A stretch of DNA of 63,028 bases, filler included, from Lenisia limosa (GCA_001655205.1; 14 parts of 14 records of this genome joined end to end with filler, not necessarily neighbours in it); one strand, 5' to 3'; numbered from the whole stretch's first letter, positions 35,606-47,725 are shown. The notes: generated by a model from the sequence alone, not told the origin. Translations and numbers: made by a program.

Positions 35606-37858
35606 TGCCTAATCACCAAGGCCACAAGTCTACAACGTACTTCCGCACCCCGGACGCTTCGGGGTCCACGTCCCAAGCCGCCAGCATCATGGAAGCCTTG
35701 GAGGTGGCGAGGGGCATTTGTTGGAGCTTTCCCTAAGGTTTAGTTTTAGCTTTTTCACCATAATTCAAACTTTAATATATTTTTGCTTTAACCACACCAT
35801 TTACAGGGGGTGGAAGGAGTTTTTTGAAACAAAATCTATTCTGATCCCTGCTCTAACCGTCCTCATCAGAGCGGATCAAAGGTACTGTTGCTGGACGAAG
35901 ACACGTCCGCCACCAATTTCCTAGTTAGAGACGCCCAAATGGCCGAGTTAGTCCCCTCAAGTAGGCCAAAGGGTTTATAAACAAACTCCATTACCTCTCC
36001 AAATCCCCCCTCCCCCTCTGTTTTTTGCTTTTTTAATCAACCAATTCGATGCGGTGTTGAAGAAGCGACTGGCCTGGGCTTTGTTTTGATGTTTTCAACC
36101 CTCATGTATTCTCAAATGTTTTGCGTCCAGAGTTGATCCTGGGTTTTGGGTTTTATACTTTCCTTTCCCCCACCCCTCCAAGTTTCTATATATATCCTTA
36201 TTTGTTTCCCTAAATATCTAATGTATATTATTTCTCTTGTTTTTAAAAACAAGTTTCCTTCTTCACCCCTCAGACCAGGAGCCCATCACTCCCCTGATTT
36301 CGCGCATATTGGAGCTGAAAGACTGCGGCGTGTCCACCATCCTGGTTGCAGGTGNNNNNNNNNNNNNNNNNNNNNNNNNNNNNNNNNNNNNNNNNNNNNN
36401 NNNNNNNNNNNNNNNNNNNNNNNNNNNNNNNNNNNNNNNNNNNNNNNNNNNNNNNNNNNNNNNNNNNNNNNNNTTTTAATACTGTCTCCCTTTATTATGA
36501 TTGTTTTAATATCTCTTCAGATTACTTCTCCAAAGCCGACAACGTCATCATGATGAACGAATATGGTATGTTGGAGTAATGATGAACGAATATGCAGATG
36601 GTTTGTGGAGTTTTTGTACTGGTAAAATATCCTGGGTTTATCGGGATTTCAATACTATATATATTTTGTAAACAAAGTAAAGCCCTCTGTTATTTGATTT
36701 TTCTGATGATCATGATTTATGGGTATTTCTATGCTCTTAATGATCATAAATTTCTAAATATTTCTATTCTCTTAATAATCATGGGTATTTCTGTGAGTAT
36801 GACGTTGACCTGTTCACACAACAGTCCCCTCAAATGTGACGGAGAAAGCTCGTGAGATCTCTGCTCGGAACCACATCGACCTCCCCTGTCCCCCACCTTG
36901 TATGGGGGGGGGGGGCANNNNNNNNNNNNNNNNNNNNNNNNNNNNNNNNNNNNNNNNNNNNNNNNNNNNNNNNNNNNNNNNNNNNNNNNNNNNNNNNNNN
37001 NNNNNNNNNNNNNNNNNNNNNNNNGCCCGTCAGAGTCCTCAATGCCTCCTCACGTGCACTTTCAGGCAAAATACGCTCAAATGGCGTGAAGAGCATTTCC
37101 ATAGGTCTGCCCTGAAAGACGGTTGTATTATATAATCAAAATTTGACGTAACGGTGTATCAATGTCTTTTAATATGGTGATGGTGTGGACGGCTTCAGCC
37201 TGATGATCGAATAGCAATTGCATAAACCAATAGAAGTATAACTAATGAAACCGTCCTTCCCCTGATCATTAGGGGACGTTGATGTGGACCTGACCGCCGT
37301 TGAGCAGCTGGTTGAACCTGGCCAGGTCAAGGCCATCTCGGGTGGGGGGGGGGTGCTGTCACAATGCCATGTTTCAAAAAAGATACCATAGCCATGTTTC
37401 AGTACTGCCCCTTCCTGACTGCTTAGACCTGATCCTAGCCCTGGGAGACTCCGGCCAAGTCACCGTCACAACCGTGCTGGATGCTGTGGGTTGTGATGGT
37501 GTCGCATACATGTTGAGACTATATTTTGTCAGAGTAGTCCTGAATTTTGAGGCTTTTCCGAAGGCTTTTCTCACCTCCCAGATTGAAGCCCAATACGCCA
37601 AAGGATTTGACAGCCTGTATTCATCAGGTGAGGGGGCTGTATTTTTTTTATTTTATTTTTTCCATCTTCGAATTATTATTCTTTCTTTGTTTGTGGGATT
37701 GGTTTTTCATACGTTTTCCATTCACGTGTTGCTAGCCTATAGAGTTGAATTTGGGCACTTTTTACCCTATCCAAGGCCACCCCTCCCCTGCCGATTTTGC
37801 CCGACCAAGGCGACAGGACATTGCAGCTGCGTTTTACCGACTTCGTTGCCTGCAATAG
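35606..37858 (+). CDS. Predicted ATPase of the ABC class (PF09818-like, prokaryote-type), C-terminal half
   Basis: Exons STTYFRTPDASGSTSQAASIMEALE, LLDEDTSATNFLVRDAQM, EPITPLISRI...GVSTILVAG, DYFSKADNVIMMNEY, VDLTAVEQLVEPGQVKAI and ARPRRQDIAAAFYRLR* (TAG at 37856-37858). Confidence 0.85.
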
Positions 37859-38468
37859 CGTTGGTACCTTCGCTCCCTTACTATTGCGGCTTCCCCTACT
37901 AAGTTATGGTTTCGCACCCTCCCCCTTTTTTTTTATTTCGAAAGGTCTAATGTATTTATTAGAAGAATGAAGAGACTTGATTTGGTGTCGCAAAATTCTC
38001 TGTTCACACCGAAATGCTCTGCACACAGTATCAGGGTGTCACTCTTGACAGCTCAATATCCGCGATAATTCCTGACAAGATTAACAAGAGATAAAGTTCA
38101 ATATCCGTTTTATCCCGGTCACTGTAGATGGATGGTGATACCTCTTCTAAGCGTCCAAAATCAGAAACACTTTTAATTGTTCCAACTCTATCTCCACCAA
38201 TATAAACTAAACCGTGTAACAAAAACAAAACTTAGACTCAGGTCCTTCGTCTCTTCCCTTCCTTGGGGGATTGGAATGAGACTTTCGAAATGGGAAGGGG
38301 GCGGAAGTAAGACGGACTGTTAGTAGATGGAGATTTATCAGACCTGAGATGTAAGAGGGAGACCTATCGGATCTGTGTTGTTCGGTAGGGATTCCCCACA
38401 GTCCGGCTAAATATATTTATCGAGGATTTCCCAAACAATTCAGTCACCATAGAAATGAGTTACCCCTT

Positions 38469-38564
38469 GAGCTTCACTTAGGTTAGAAAAAACCCAGGAA
38501 AATATCGATAGTTTTCAAGGATTTCTCTAGAAATTCAGTCTTTTTTCGAACCGAAGTGAAGCCC
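38469..38564. mobile_element. MITE family A copy, preceded by a partial copy starting at 38388
   Basis: GAGCTTCACTTAGGTTAGAAAAAAC...CTTTTTTCGAACCGAAGTGAAGCCC|TA, and TA|GGGATTCCCCACAGTCC at 38388. Confidence 0.8.
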
Positions 38565-38567
38565 TAG

Positions 38568-38798
38568 TTACCCCCTTCCCAGGAAGTGAAACGCAAAATA
38601 ACAGAATACGCACATCACCCCAGCCCACAAATGGAACGATGACATTGACGAAGAGGATGCGGCCACGTTCGAAATGGCGGCAAGGGGATTCTGGGCAAGG
38701 GTCGTGTTGGGAGTGCGGGCGTTGGTTGGCAGAGTGGAGATGGGGGTTTTGGGAGCGGACAATGGGGGGCCTTGGGCGATTTCGGCTTGTTTTTGGAG
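38568..38798 (-). CDS. Possible terminal exon: S/T/P-rich stalk plus hydrophobic tail (GPI signal or TM)
   Basis: ORF ...TPNTTLAQNPLAAISNVAASSSSMSSFHLWAGVMCVFCYFAFHFLGRG*. Composition only. Confidence 0.3.
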   Translation of the reverse strand, partial: LQKQAEIAQGPPLSAPKTPISTLPTNARTPNTTLAQNPLAAISNVAASSSSMSSFHLWAGVMCVFCYFAFHFLGRG

Positions 38799-39289
38799 NN
38801 NNNNNNNNNNNNNNNNNNNNNNNNNNNNNNNNNNNNNNNNNNTTAATTAATTAANNNNNNNNNNNNNNNNNNNNNNNNNNNNNNNNNNNNNNNNNNNNGC
38901 CTGGTAAAGATGGGAGTAAGGTGTCGAATCAGGAGGAAGGTTTAAAAAAATCAGTGGCTGCTTTAAGCAAATATTGGTGCTTTTCAGTGTCAGTAAGGTG
39001 AGCTTCCCAGACGTTCTTCTCAACATGCATATCAGCGACATCGTAGAAATTCGGGGCTAGTTTTCGACAGCGCCCCATCCTAAATCTGTGAAATACAGAA
39101 AAAAAATGGGAAAAAAAAAACACAAATGCAAGCAAAATCNNNNNNNNNNNNNNNNNNNNNNNNNNNNNNNNNNNNNNNNNNNNNGGGTTTCGAAAAAATA
39201 AATTTTTATTTCGAACCCCTTTTTTTTACAATACTATATATTTTTTTCTGACCCAAGATTGGATACTATTTTTACAAAATCAAAGAATC

Positions 39290-41770
39290 CCACTTACGTT
39301 TGAGTTTCCTTCGTTGTCAGCTCTTGAAATATAGTTACTGCAACACAGTGATAATGTAAAAAAAAGGGAAAAAAAAAAAAACACTGGTGGCTTTTTTTAT
39401 TCTTTTTTCTTCTTTTTGGGAGCAGGTATGAGGGACTAGTAACTAATGTTAAAATCTATCACTTTAACAGTATTAAAGATAAAATCAAGCAATTTATACC
39501 CGGTTTTACAGGCAAAAAGACCCAAATTTAACTAATCACAAGGTTTCTAATTAATCACAAGGTTTATGCGGAGCATATATGATCGTCGTACTATAATGCA
39601 AAAGGCACTCACTGGTTCTAAAAAGGCAACTGTGTCGACTACAAGCAACATCAATGGTCTTGCCTTGAATATTGTTCATAGAATCTTGGGACTGAAGATA
39701 TGAGGAAGAGTTATGTGTACCTATGGAGAAGGTACATAGTATGACATTGATACTCACCTTCACGAAGGTGGTAGTGGCGGCTGATAAACACGCTGCTGTA
39801 GCACCGCTGAGGCTGTTTGATCGACCATAAACGGTACCAGCATCTAGACAGTAAACTATGGGGCACAATTACTGAAAGATGAATGCAAACGCACAGCTAC
39901 CTGTTCGGACAGCAAGAGAAGAATGAGTTGACGTCACCTGGATTACTTTTTCACCCATCTAGAATATAAATCCTTTTGAATCTAGAAAAAAACAGCAATC
40001 CAAAACCTCCACCAACTCCAAGTCCAGTTAATGGTAAGGAAACTCCTTGAGATAATGAGCCTGGTGTCAGGGTATTGTAATAATTTTGTCCAGCACCAAA
40101 CATGACACCAGAATCTACCAAAGTTACTTCATTCCAAAGGCAGTCAGACCTAGAACGATGATTGACGCATGGTATCCAGCGTCAATAAATACCACATTTC
40201 CAGGCGGTACGTTTTGGGCCTGAGTGATGAAAGGGAATAGTGGTACTTGAGTAAGGAACGCATTTCAAACCAGAAGGGGAATAGAAGAATGAGAGCTGCT
40301 GGTTCCTTGAAGAAGTTGATTGTAAGTGTTGCCTCCCCATAGGTAGACTTGATTTGATTCTAAGAGAGTAACATGAGTTTAAGAGAATCATACCAGTCAA
40401 CGCCATGTAATGTCCACTTCCACCTTCGAACTATTACGATGAGTTAAATGGGGAAAACTATCAAGAGAAAATGGCTGAGCAGACAATACCTTACCTGAAT
40501 TATTGACTGACCGAAGTTGTGGATGGAATTTAGCGTAGTCATTGGGTCTGAACCTCCCCCAGCTTGTCCCATATTGTTATTTCCGAAGCAGCGAGTAAGG
40601 CCAGCTGTTTTGTTATTATTTTTTTAACAGAAAATTCATACTTTTAGATACTGCACAAAGGGAATATTGTGTAACTGCTGCATGCTCCACTTCTCCCCAA
40701 GTAGCTTCAAGGTCATGCTAGGGGGGGGGGGGGNNNNNNNNNNNNNNNNNNNNNNNNNNNNNNNNNNNNNNNNNNNNNNNNNNNNNNNNNNNNNNNNNNN
40801 NNNNNNNNNNNNNNNNNNNNNNNNNNNNNNNNNNNNNNNNNNNNNNNNNNNNNNNNNNNNNNNNNNNNNNNNNNNNNNNNNNNNNNNNNNNNNNNNNNNN
40901 NNNNNNNNNNNNNNNNNNNNNNNNNNNNCCATTGCCACACGTCATCATTGTTGCTACTAAAATGGTAAAAGTGCATCAAGTACATGTACAACATGTACTG
41001 AAACTTCTGCTGATGTCCGCTCTACTTACCTCCGCAAACGATAGAGTACGTCCACGTCTTAGCCGCTGTACAGGTAGCTGTTCCGTTGACACCTACAGAG
41101 TAAAGAGTGAGCCCTTGGCACTCATATCATGCAAAAAAGGCGACATAAGTTTGTCCCATCGCTCACCAGTAGGTTCTAGAACACACCCAATGTTACAAAT
41201 GGTACCAAAGTCTTGGGGACCTATCGAGTTACCATTGGAGATGTGGCATGTAATTGAAAATATGCGGTCTTACCTGAGCAAGGGGACAAATAGTCGACAA
41301 CATCCAAAGGGTCACACTGAACTAAAAATGGTGAATCAATTGAAATTGACAACAAAAATCAGTATATTTCTCAAAAACAATCGAAATGCAACATATACCA
41401 GTCTTCTTACCGATAGTACACACTGGAGCTTCTGCCCATCCTGTTAAATAATCACAGGAAACCGTTTTGGAGGACCACGACAATACAAAGCCTTCAGAGC
41501 ACCCTCCCTATATGAATCATGGACTTATTCAAGTTAAGAAACATAGGTTAATTGAGCTAACAAGAGCCTACCACCACTGTGACATCAGCAGTAGTACCAC
41601 CTTCAACAAAGGCTCTGTTGCTAACAGTCAACTAAACAACATCAAACGACAAAGTTTGGATAGGTACTAAATCATAATTGGGAAAGGAACGAAGAAAAAG
41701 ATCTTACAGTGAGTCCTGATCCGGGTTGGACTTCAGGAGCTCCTGATGTGCATTCAAAACCTGGGGTGTA
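39290..41770 (-). CDS. Sushi/CCP-like modules followed by RCC1-like repeats (probably extracellular), partial
   Basis: GGCSEGFVLSWSSKTVSCDYLTGWAEAPVCTIVQCDPL...QDFGTICNIGC...GTATCTAAKTWTYSIVC (sushi Cys/Trp pattern). Then NNDDVWQWG, RCFGNNNMGQAG, GGSGHYMALT, QVYLWGGNTYNQL, IDAGYHASIIV and MFGAGQNYYNTL (RCC1-like). Confidence 0.7.
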
Positions 41771-41965
41771 TAAGGGTATGGATTCCACATGTACCAAGGG
41801 CAACACACATCCATTTTACCGTTCCCTGAAGCTTACGCTTAATGTACGACTAGAAGTGTGATGTTTGAAAATCTTGATGAAACAATTATATTCTTACTTC
41901 TATTGACTTGTTTATGAAAACAAGTGGGATTACGGGATCACACAGTGTGACTGATTACGATTTAA

Positions 41966-42430
41966 ACCGAGATTGGAATGGTAAATGACGTGTCCCAGTT
42001 CCTGCTCTGACCACCTTTCGCTTTCCTGATTTTTGCTGTCTTATATGAATAAAATGCAGTTAGAAGATTAAAAGGAGATTAGCTGCCTGTCTGCGTATTG
42101 CTTGAATATGAATTTCAAGCTCTTTTGAGACGCCAAGAACTTGAGCAACAGAACTTGCTTTGAATAAATGTTGAGTTTGGATTCTGGAGGATTTAGATTT
42201 CTTGATGTAATATTATGTCCCTTAAGTTTGGTCCAGTTTTATTTAAATGATAAAATTAGTTTAAATTTTTATCAACAGCCATAAAGAGTTACTTTGCTTT
42301 CCCTTGCCTTCTTTTGAACACCCTCTCTTTCTTTCTTCCAAATCTACTGAATGTATTTTACGACGATTATATTGTTTCTGAAGCGATAGCATGCTATATT
42401 GCTACCTCCCCTGACCATTCCAATCTCGGT
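41966..42430. mobile_element. 465-bp TIR element with TTAA flanks
   Basis: TTAA|ACCGAGATTGGAATGGT ... ACCATTCCAATCTCGGT|TTAA: perfect 17-bp TIR with TTAA on both sides. Confidence 0.75.
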
Positions 42431-42751
42431 TTAATCATGAGGTATGAGACGAAATTTAGCAAAAATTTCGAGTGCTACAATTTTCAATTTACGATTTATT
42501 ATATGACGCATGCATACGTTGTGTAATTACGAAAGTTCCCATCCAAATAACCACCTCCAACATAAGGAACTGCATGGTTGTCTTGGACTGGGTGACTTAA
42601 CTCAATTTGGGCAAGGCCTTCCTTGTCCACTGTCACTCTTGAAGGTTATTCAAGCATCAGAAATGTCCATATCATCCGTCCACACCAAACTAATCACCAC
42701 TGTTGTGCAGTGTGATGTAGTGCTTATGTAGTGCTAGGCCAGGAGGCATAG

Positions 42752-42785
<34 letters not shown>

Positions 42786-42960
42786 NNNNNNNNNNNNNNN
42801 NNNNNNNNNNNNNNNNNNNNNNNNNNNNNTTAATTAATTAANNNNNNNNNNNNNNNNNNNNNNNNNNNNNNNNNNNNNNNNNNNNAAACTACTATATGCA
42901 AATAAATATATGTATTTTCCTCAGTGTCTATTGGAAGCGAGTGCTAACACCCTTCCACAG

Positions 42961-44217
42961 GAAAGATATCCGCCAAGAAGCAGAAGGAAATCAAGAACAA
43001 GAACAAGAAGGAGAAGCAACTTAAGAAGGACAAGGCGAAGCGCGACAAGAACGCTGAGGATCTTCTGGCGATTATGGATCAGAGAGGAGCCGAGATCGAA
43101 GCCGGCATCATCAAAACGAGCAATGAAACGCATTCGGCCGAATCAGCCCTTCTTGGTTGGGGGAAGATAACAGATANNNNNNNNNNNNNNNNNNNNNNNN
43201 NNNNNNNNNNNNNNNNNNNNNNNNNNNNNNNNNNNNNNNNNNNNNNNNNNNNNNNNNNNNNNNNNNNNNNNNNNNNNNNNNNNNNNNNNNNNNNNNNNNN
43301 NTGTATATTGCATTTTTAGACCAGCTGAGCACTAAGTTCACATTTTTAGACCAGCAGATGAAGGAGTTCCAAGAGACCGACAGTGAGCTTGATTCTAAGG
43401 TTCGAGGGGAGGGAGTGGCTTGATTCTAAGATTCCTTTCGTTTTACTGGAGTATGCGGTGCTACAGAAGCGATAGGCCTTTGCTTTGTTTTGTTGCCATC
43501 AACCCTCGTGTGTAGTCAACAGAGTTGATTTTGGGCTTTTTGTTTCAAAATTTTTTCCAATTTTACCGCACGCTCAGATTCTCATTTCACGCGATCGAAA
43601 GCTCGAAAAGGTCTCAGCAGCCAAGAAAGACGTCCTGTCCTTTGCCGAACTCCTGTCCGAGGAATCAAAGCTGGCCGAAAGCCTGATGACCGAAGTTGAC
43701 ATTGTCACTGTGATCAATGATCTGGAGGCGCTGAAGAAGAGCCTCATTGACGAATGTCGCGAGGCTAAGGAGATGGAGAAGAAACTGAGGTTGGCTGGGC
43801 TTTGTTTGCATTGTTTGTTTTGTTGTTATCAATCCTTGTGTGTTACCAATTTTACCCCCCCCCCCNNNNNNNNNNNNNNNNNNNNNNNNNNNNNNNNNNN
43901 NNNNNNNNNNNNNNNNNNNNNNNNNNNNNNNNNNNNNNNNNNNNNNNNNNNNNNNNNCGACGCTCAACGCGAATCCCTTATCAAGAAGCACCAGGCTGAA
44001 CTCGCGGCGGCGCGGGAGAAAGCCCAAAAAGAAGCTGCTGAAGAATATCAGAGGAAGCAGGAGCGGATCCTGAAGGAGGCCCAGGAAGCCCAGAGGAAGG
44101 CGGAGGCCGAGGCTTATCGGCTTGCTAAGGAGAAGAAGGATCGTTTGCTTGCCGCTCAGAAGGCGGAGGAGGAGCGTGTGCGCAAGGCCGAGTTGGAAGA
44201 GAAGAGGCGTCGTGATG
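42961..44217 (+). CDS. K/E/A-rich coiled-coil protein, internal exons
   Basis: Exons KISAKKQKEIKNKNKKEKQL..., ILISRDRKLEKVSAAKKDVLSFAELL...EKKLR and DAQRESLIKKHQAELAAAREKAQKE...; GC-richer coding bias and canonical junctions. Confidence 0.65.
43457..43577 (+). repeat. Best full-length copy of the intron 3'-end element
   Basis: GTGCTACAGAAGCGATAGGCCTTTGCTTTGTTTTG...CAACCCTCGTGTGTAGTCAACAGAGTTGATTTTGGGCTTTTTGTTTCAAAATTTTTTCCAATTTTACC...CAG, ending at the acceptor AG (43576-43577). Many related copies; see findings. Confidence 0.8.
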
Positions 44218-44317
44218 NNNNNNNNNNNNNNNNNNNNNNNNNNNNNNNNNNNNNNNNNNNNTTAATTAATTAANNNNNNNNNNNNNNNNNNNNNNNNNNN
44301 NNNNNNNNNNNNNNNNN

Positions 44318-46009
44318 CCCGGCATGACCCCCATGCTCTTTGCCGGCCGCCTGGGGCATGAGGCTATAGTTGACTTCCTCATCACTACGGGCCTGCCCTG
44401 GGACCACATGTCGACTAAGGTGGGCAGGTTAATTGTACGTACAACAACACTTGTGTGTTGTCAGCCAACAGTGTAAATTTTGCTTTTTTGTTTTATAAAT
44501 TGTCCAATTTTACCCCCCCCCCAGAACCACGACACACTGTTGCACGTGGCGACAGTGAGCACAAACATCAGTCTTGTGAGGAAAAGTGGGGGGGGGGGGN
44601 NNNNNNNNNNNNNNNNNNNNNNNNNNNNNNNNNNNNNNNNNNNNNNNNNNNNNNNNNNNNNNNNNNNNNNNNNNNNNNNNNNNNNNNNNNNNNNNNNNNN
44701 NNNNNNNNNNNNNNNNNNNNNNNNNNNNNNNNNNNNNNNNNNNNNNCAAGAGATATAATGAATCAACCTCATACACAATATTCTTCATGGAAATTCTCGT
44801 TCAACCCCATGTTTCATGATTATTACCATTGCCAATAAGTCAACTGCCGGATCTTTATGATCTAGTTTCAATAGACACTTCTGCAACAACAATATCTCTT
44901 TATTGACCCTGTAGTATTGTCCCACGATGTGAATGTCAACGCTGAAGGACATGTGAGCTGGTTGTAAAATGCAGCACTTGGCCGGTGGCGGTTGGAATTT
45001 GGCATTTTTTTTTTGCTATCTCTCCTTCCTTGTCTTTGAAGTGGCAAATTTTGCCAAATTCCAACCCCTNNNNNNNNNNNNNNNNNNNNNNNNNNNNNNN
45101 NNNNNNNNNNNNNNNNNNNNNNNNNNNNNNNNNNNNNNNNNNNNNNNNNNNNNNNNNNNNNNNNNNNNNNNNNNNNCCCCTCTAATCACTTTAGTACCAA
45201 AACACGCCGCTGCACATTGCCTGTGCTATGGGCCAATTGGAGATTGCCCAACTATTCGTCAACGAAGGAGCAGATATTAGTGCTATGAATGCTGTGGGCG
45301 GAGGGGGTTGCAATGCACACACTGTGTAATGTACTATGTTTTTCATAGAATACTATGATTCATAGGATAGACTATTCGGCAGATACAACCTTGTTTTTTT
45401 TTCTCAATGCTATATATTCTGACTTTTCAGCAATCACGTGACCCGATTCTCATCGCTTTGGAGGCAGGCAATGACCCGTCATGTCTTTCTGAAGAGTGCG
45501 CTGCCAAGGTCTGGATGGGGGGTTTATATGGAATGATATTGATACTCACACCATTTTCAACCTATCTAGGTTCAAAAATCATCATTTTCACAAATGAGAG
45601 ACCTTCCTACAAAACAAACTTGGATTGAAAAATTTTCATATTATATACATCATTTTCACCCTATTCAGGTCCAACAATATATCAAGGAGTGGCAGCGATA
45701 CCGAGATGCGGAGAGNNNNNNNNNNNNNNNNNNNNNNNNNNNNNNNNNNNNNNNNNNNNNNNNNNNNNNNNNNNNNNNNNNNNNNNNNNNNNNNNNNNNN
45801 NNNNNNNNNNNNNNNNNNNNNAAGCTTAGCCAACAGGGTTGTTTCCCTAGATTTTTTATGTAGCTATTAGATGTATGATTCTATTTCCCTTTTTAAAAAA
45901 ATTAAAAGTTGATTTTGGGTTTTTTTTTGTTTAATTTCCATTTTTACTCTCCCCCCTCCTTTCCGGAGCTGACATCCTAGATGATTATGAAGATGAAGAG
46001 TCAAATTAG
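44318..46009 (+). CDS. Ankyrin-repeat protein, partial
   Basis: GMTPMLFAGRLGHEAIVDFL, HDTLLHVAT and YQNTPLHIACAMGQLEIAQLFVNEGADISAMNA (canonical TPLH ankyrin). The terminal exon ...DDYEDEESN* is tentative. Confidence 0.85.
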
Positions 46010-47119
46010 AGCCATGTGGCCTTGACTGTTTCAGGTATTCTAATTTCCTTTCTTTGTTTTTTTTTTTTGATGTTTCTGTATTTCGAACAATGCATGTATT
46101 TCCTCTTATCTAAAATACCAGTTTTATCGTTCATATCATACCATACCACTTTTTTGGGGTCATTGTGTGAACTATCGTTTTCTACGCTGTGATATCCACT
46201 CGTATGTTAATCAACCCAACGAGTCTTGCCAATCCAGAAGATGTCAGTATGATAATCACAACATTTGCTCTCTTGCTCCAAAACAACTGCTTTTATAATA
46301 GTAATTGACAATCGCACAGGTTAAGCTCGGTTTGGTTCTATTTATGGTTTATCCGAGCCAGTTTCTGGGTTGGCACCCTGCTTTGATGATACTATGGTAC
46401 ATACGGGATGAGCCATTGAGTTATCCTGGGTAATCATTTTGACTCGATAGTCGCTCATGATTATTTTACTGGTGGGTCATACCTTTTCACCTTTGCACCA
46501 CCACCTGTAAAAATTTATAAAAGGTGAATTGACTTTATACTTTGGACAACCCGGATATTTATCTTGAGTTACACGCCCCTTTGTTGACAAGAGAAGAATC
46601 GTGTATTGGCAGAAATGAAAAACTAGCACTCCTGCACGGGATATCCGCCACCAAAAATGATCTGTCGGTGCTCGCTGCTGTAAATACCCGCCCTACAAGG
46701 TCATAAGCAGGGAGTTATAGTTATATGCCATCAATTGCAGCTTAGAACCATTTCTAGTCAGTTTCTAGGGACCCAGATAGTAATTGAGGAACTTAATTGA
46801 CAAAAAGTGAAACTCAAGTGGCTGAAATATCGCTAAATAAATATCTCTATTTTACACCTCTATTGAAATGTTACAGTAATTGCCAAAATGTTAGTTAAAT
46901 TCTCGTAAAATGTAGTAAAAAATATGACGTCACCGAAAGTTTATGTTCGGATATCCGTGACAATTCTCTCCAACCGCAATCTGCTTTAAATCCTCGAAAA
47001 ACAACCACATGTCTTGAGAGAAAAAAGTTTTCCCGCAATAGTGAATGCATTTTGTAAAATTTACTTTTTGCTTTTGACAAAAACAAAAAACAAAAACTAA
47101 TTTAATGTTTCTATTACAC

Positions 47120-47725
47120 TCAAAACGCAGCATACTGGGTGTGATTGGCAACCGAGAGGTATCCGTGCATCAAAGTGTACGTGTTATACCCCAGGAGGTT
47201 GAAGATCTGGAGGGCGGTGAAATGAAGGAAAGTTCAACTATCACAAGGTCACCTGTAGTCTCCTTTACAGTTTGGTTATAATGGTACTGAATTTACCATT
47301 AAATCCGCGATAAATATCGATATTTCTCAGTCTTTTTGGGATCGTGGGTAAGCCCCAGGGTATCACTCATCTCGAATCAACGCATATTTGTACAATAGAC
47401 AAATGTATCATATCATATTACATGTACCAAAACTAACTCAGCCTACACCCCACTTAGGGTGATTTGTCTTTATGATCCCTATGTTTTATTATTTTCCCTA
47501 GATTTTAAATAATACTATCTCTTTACAGCTACGACTTTACTTCGGTTACACACGCACAAAAAAATAAGACTGAATATCGAGTACTCTATTCAGATGAAGC
47601 CTTACTTACGGCATTCGCCTGGCTTGCAGTGTGCCCAGTGTAGCACTGGATCAGAAGTGGACGGTCAGTGGGAATGTGGGGCAAAACATCAGGGTCGACA
47701 ATCTGGCGGAAGGGAATGTTCACAG
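47120..47725 (-). CDS. Rhodanese-domain protein, partial
   Basis: Exon 47725-47610 reads AVNIPFRQIVDPDVLPHIPTDRPLLIQCYTGHTASQANA (active-site Cys loop CYTGHT). The next exon reads IFNLLGYNTYTLMHGY. Confidence 0.75.

Noticed and set aside
37185-37260. Hammerhead-ribozyme-like CTGATGA...GAAAC with a GGACGG/CCGTCC stem
   Set aside because: The base after GGACGG is C, so the required NUH cleavage triplet is missing, and no stem II is evident. The 5' part is a fragment of the SINE-like repeat.
33335-47725. Bacterial contamination as the source of the BMP, ABC-ATPase and rhodanese genes
   Set aside because: All three are split by GT-AG introns that contain the host's repeats (MITEs, the intron 3'-end element or G/C runs).
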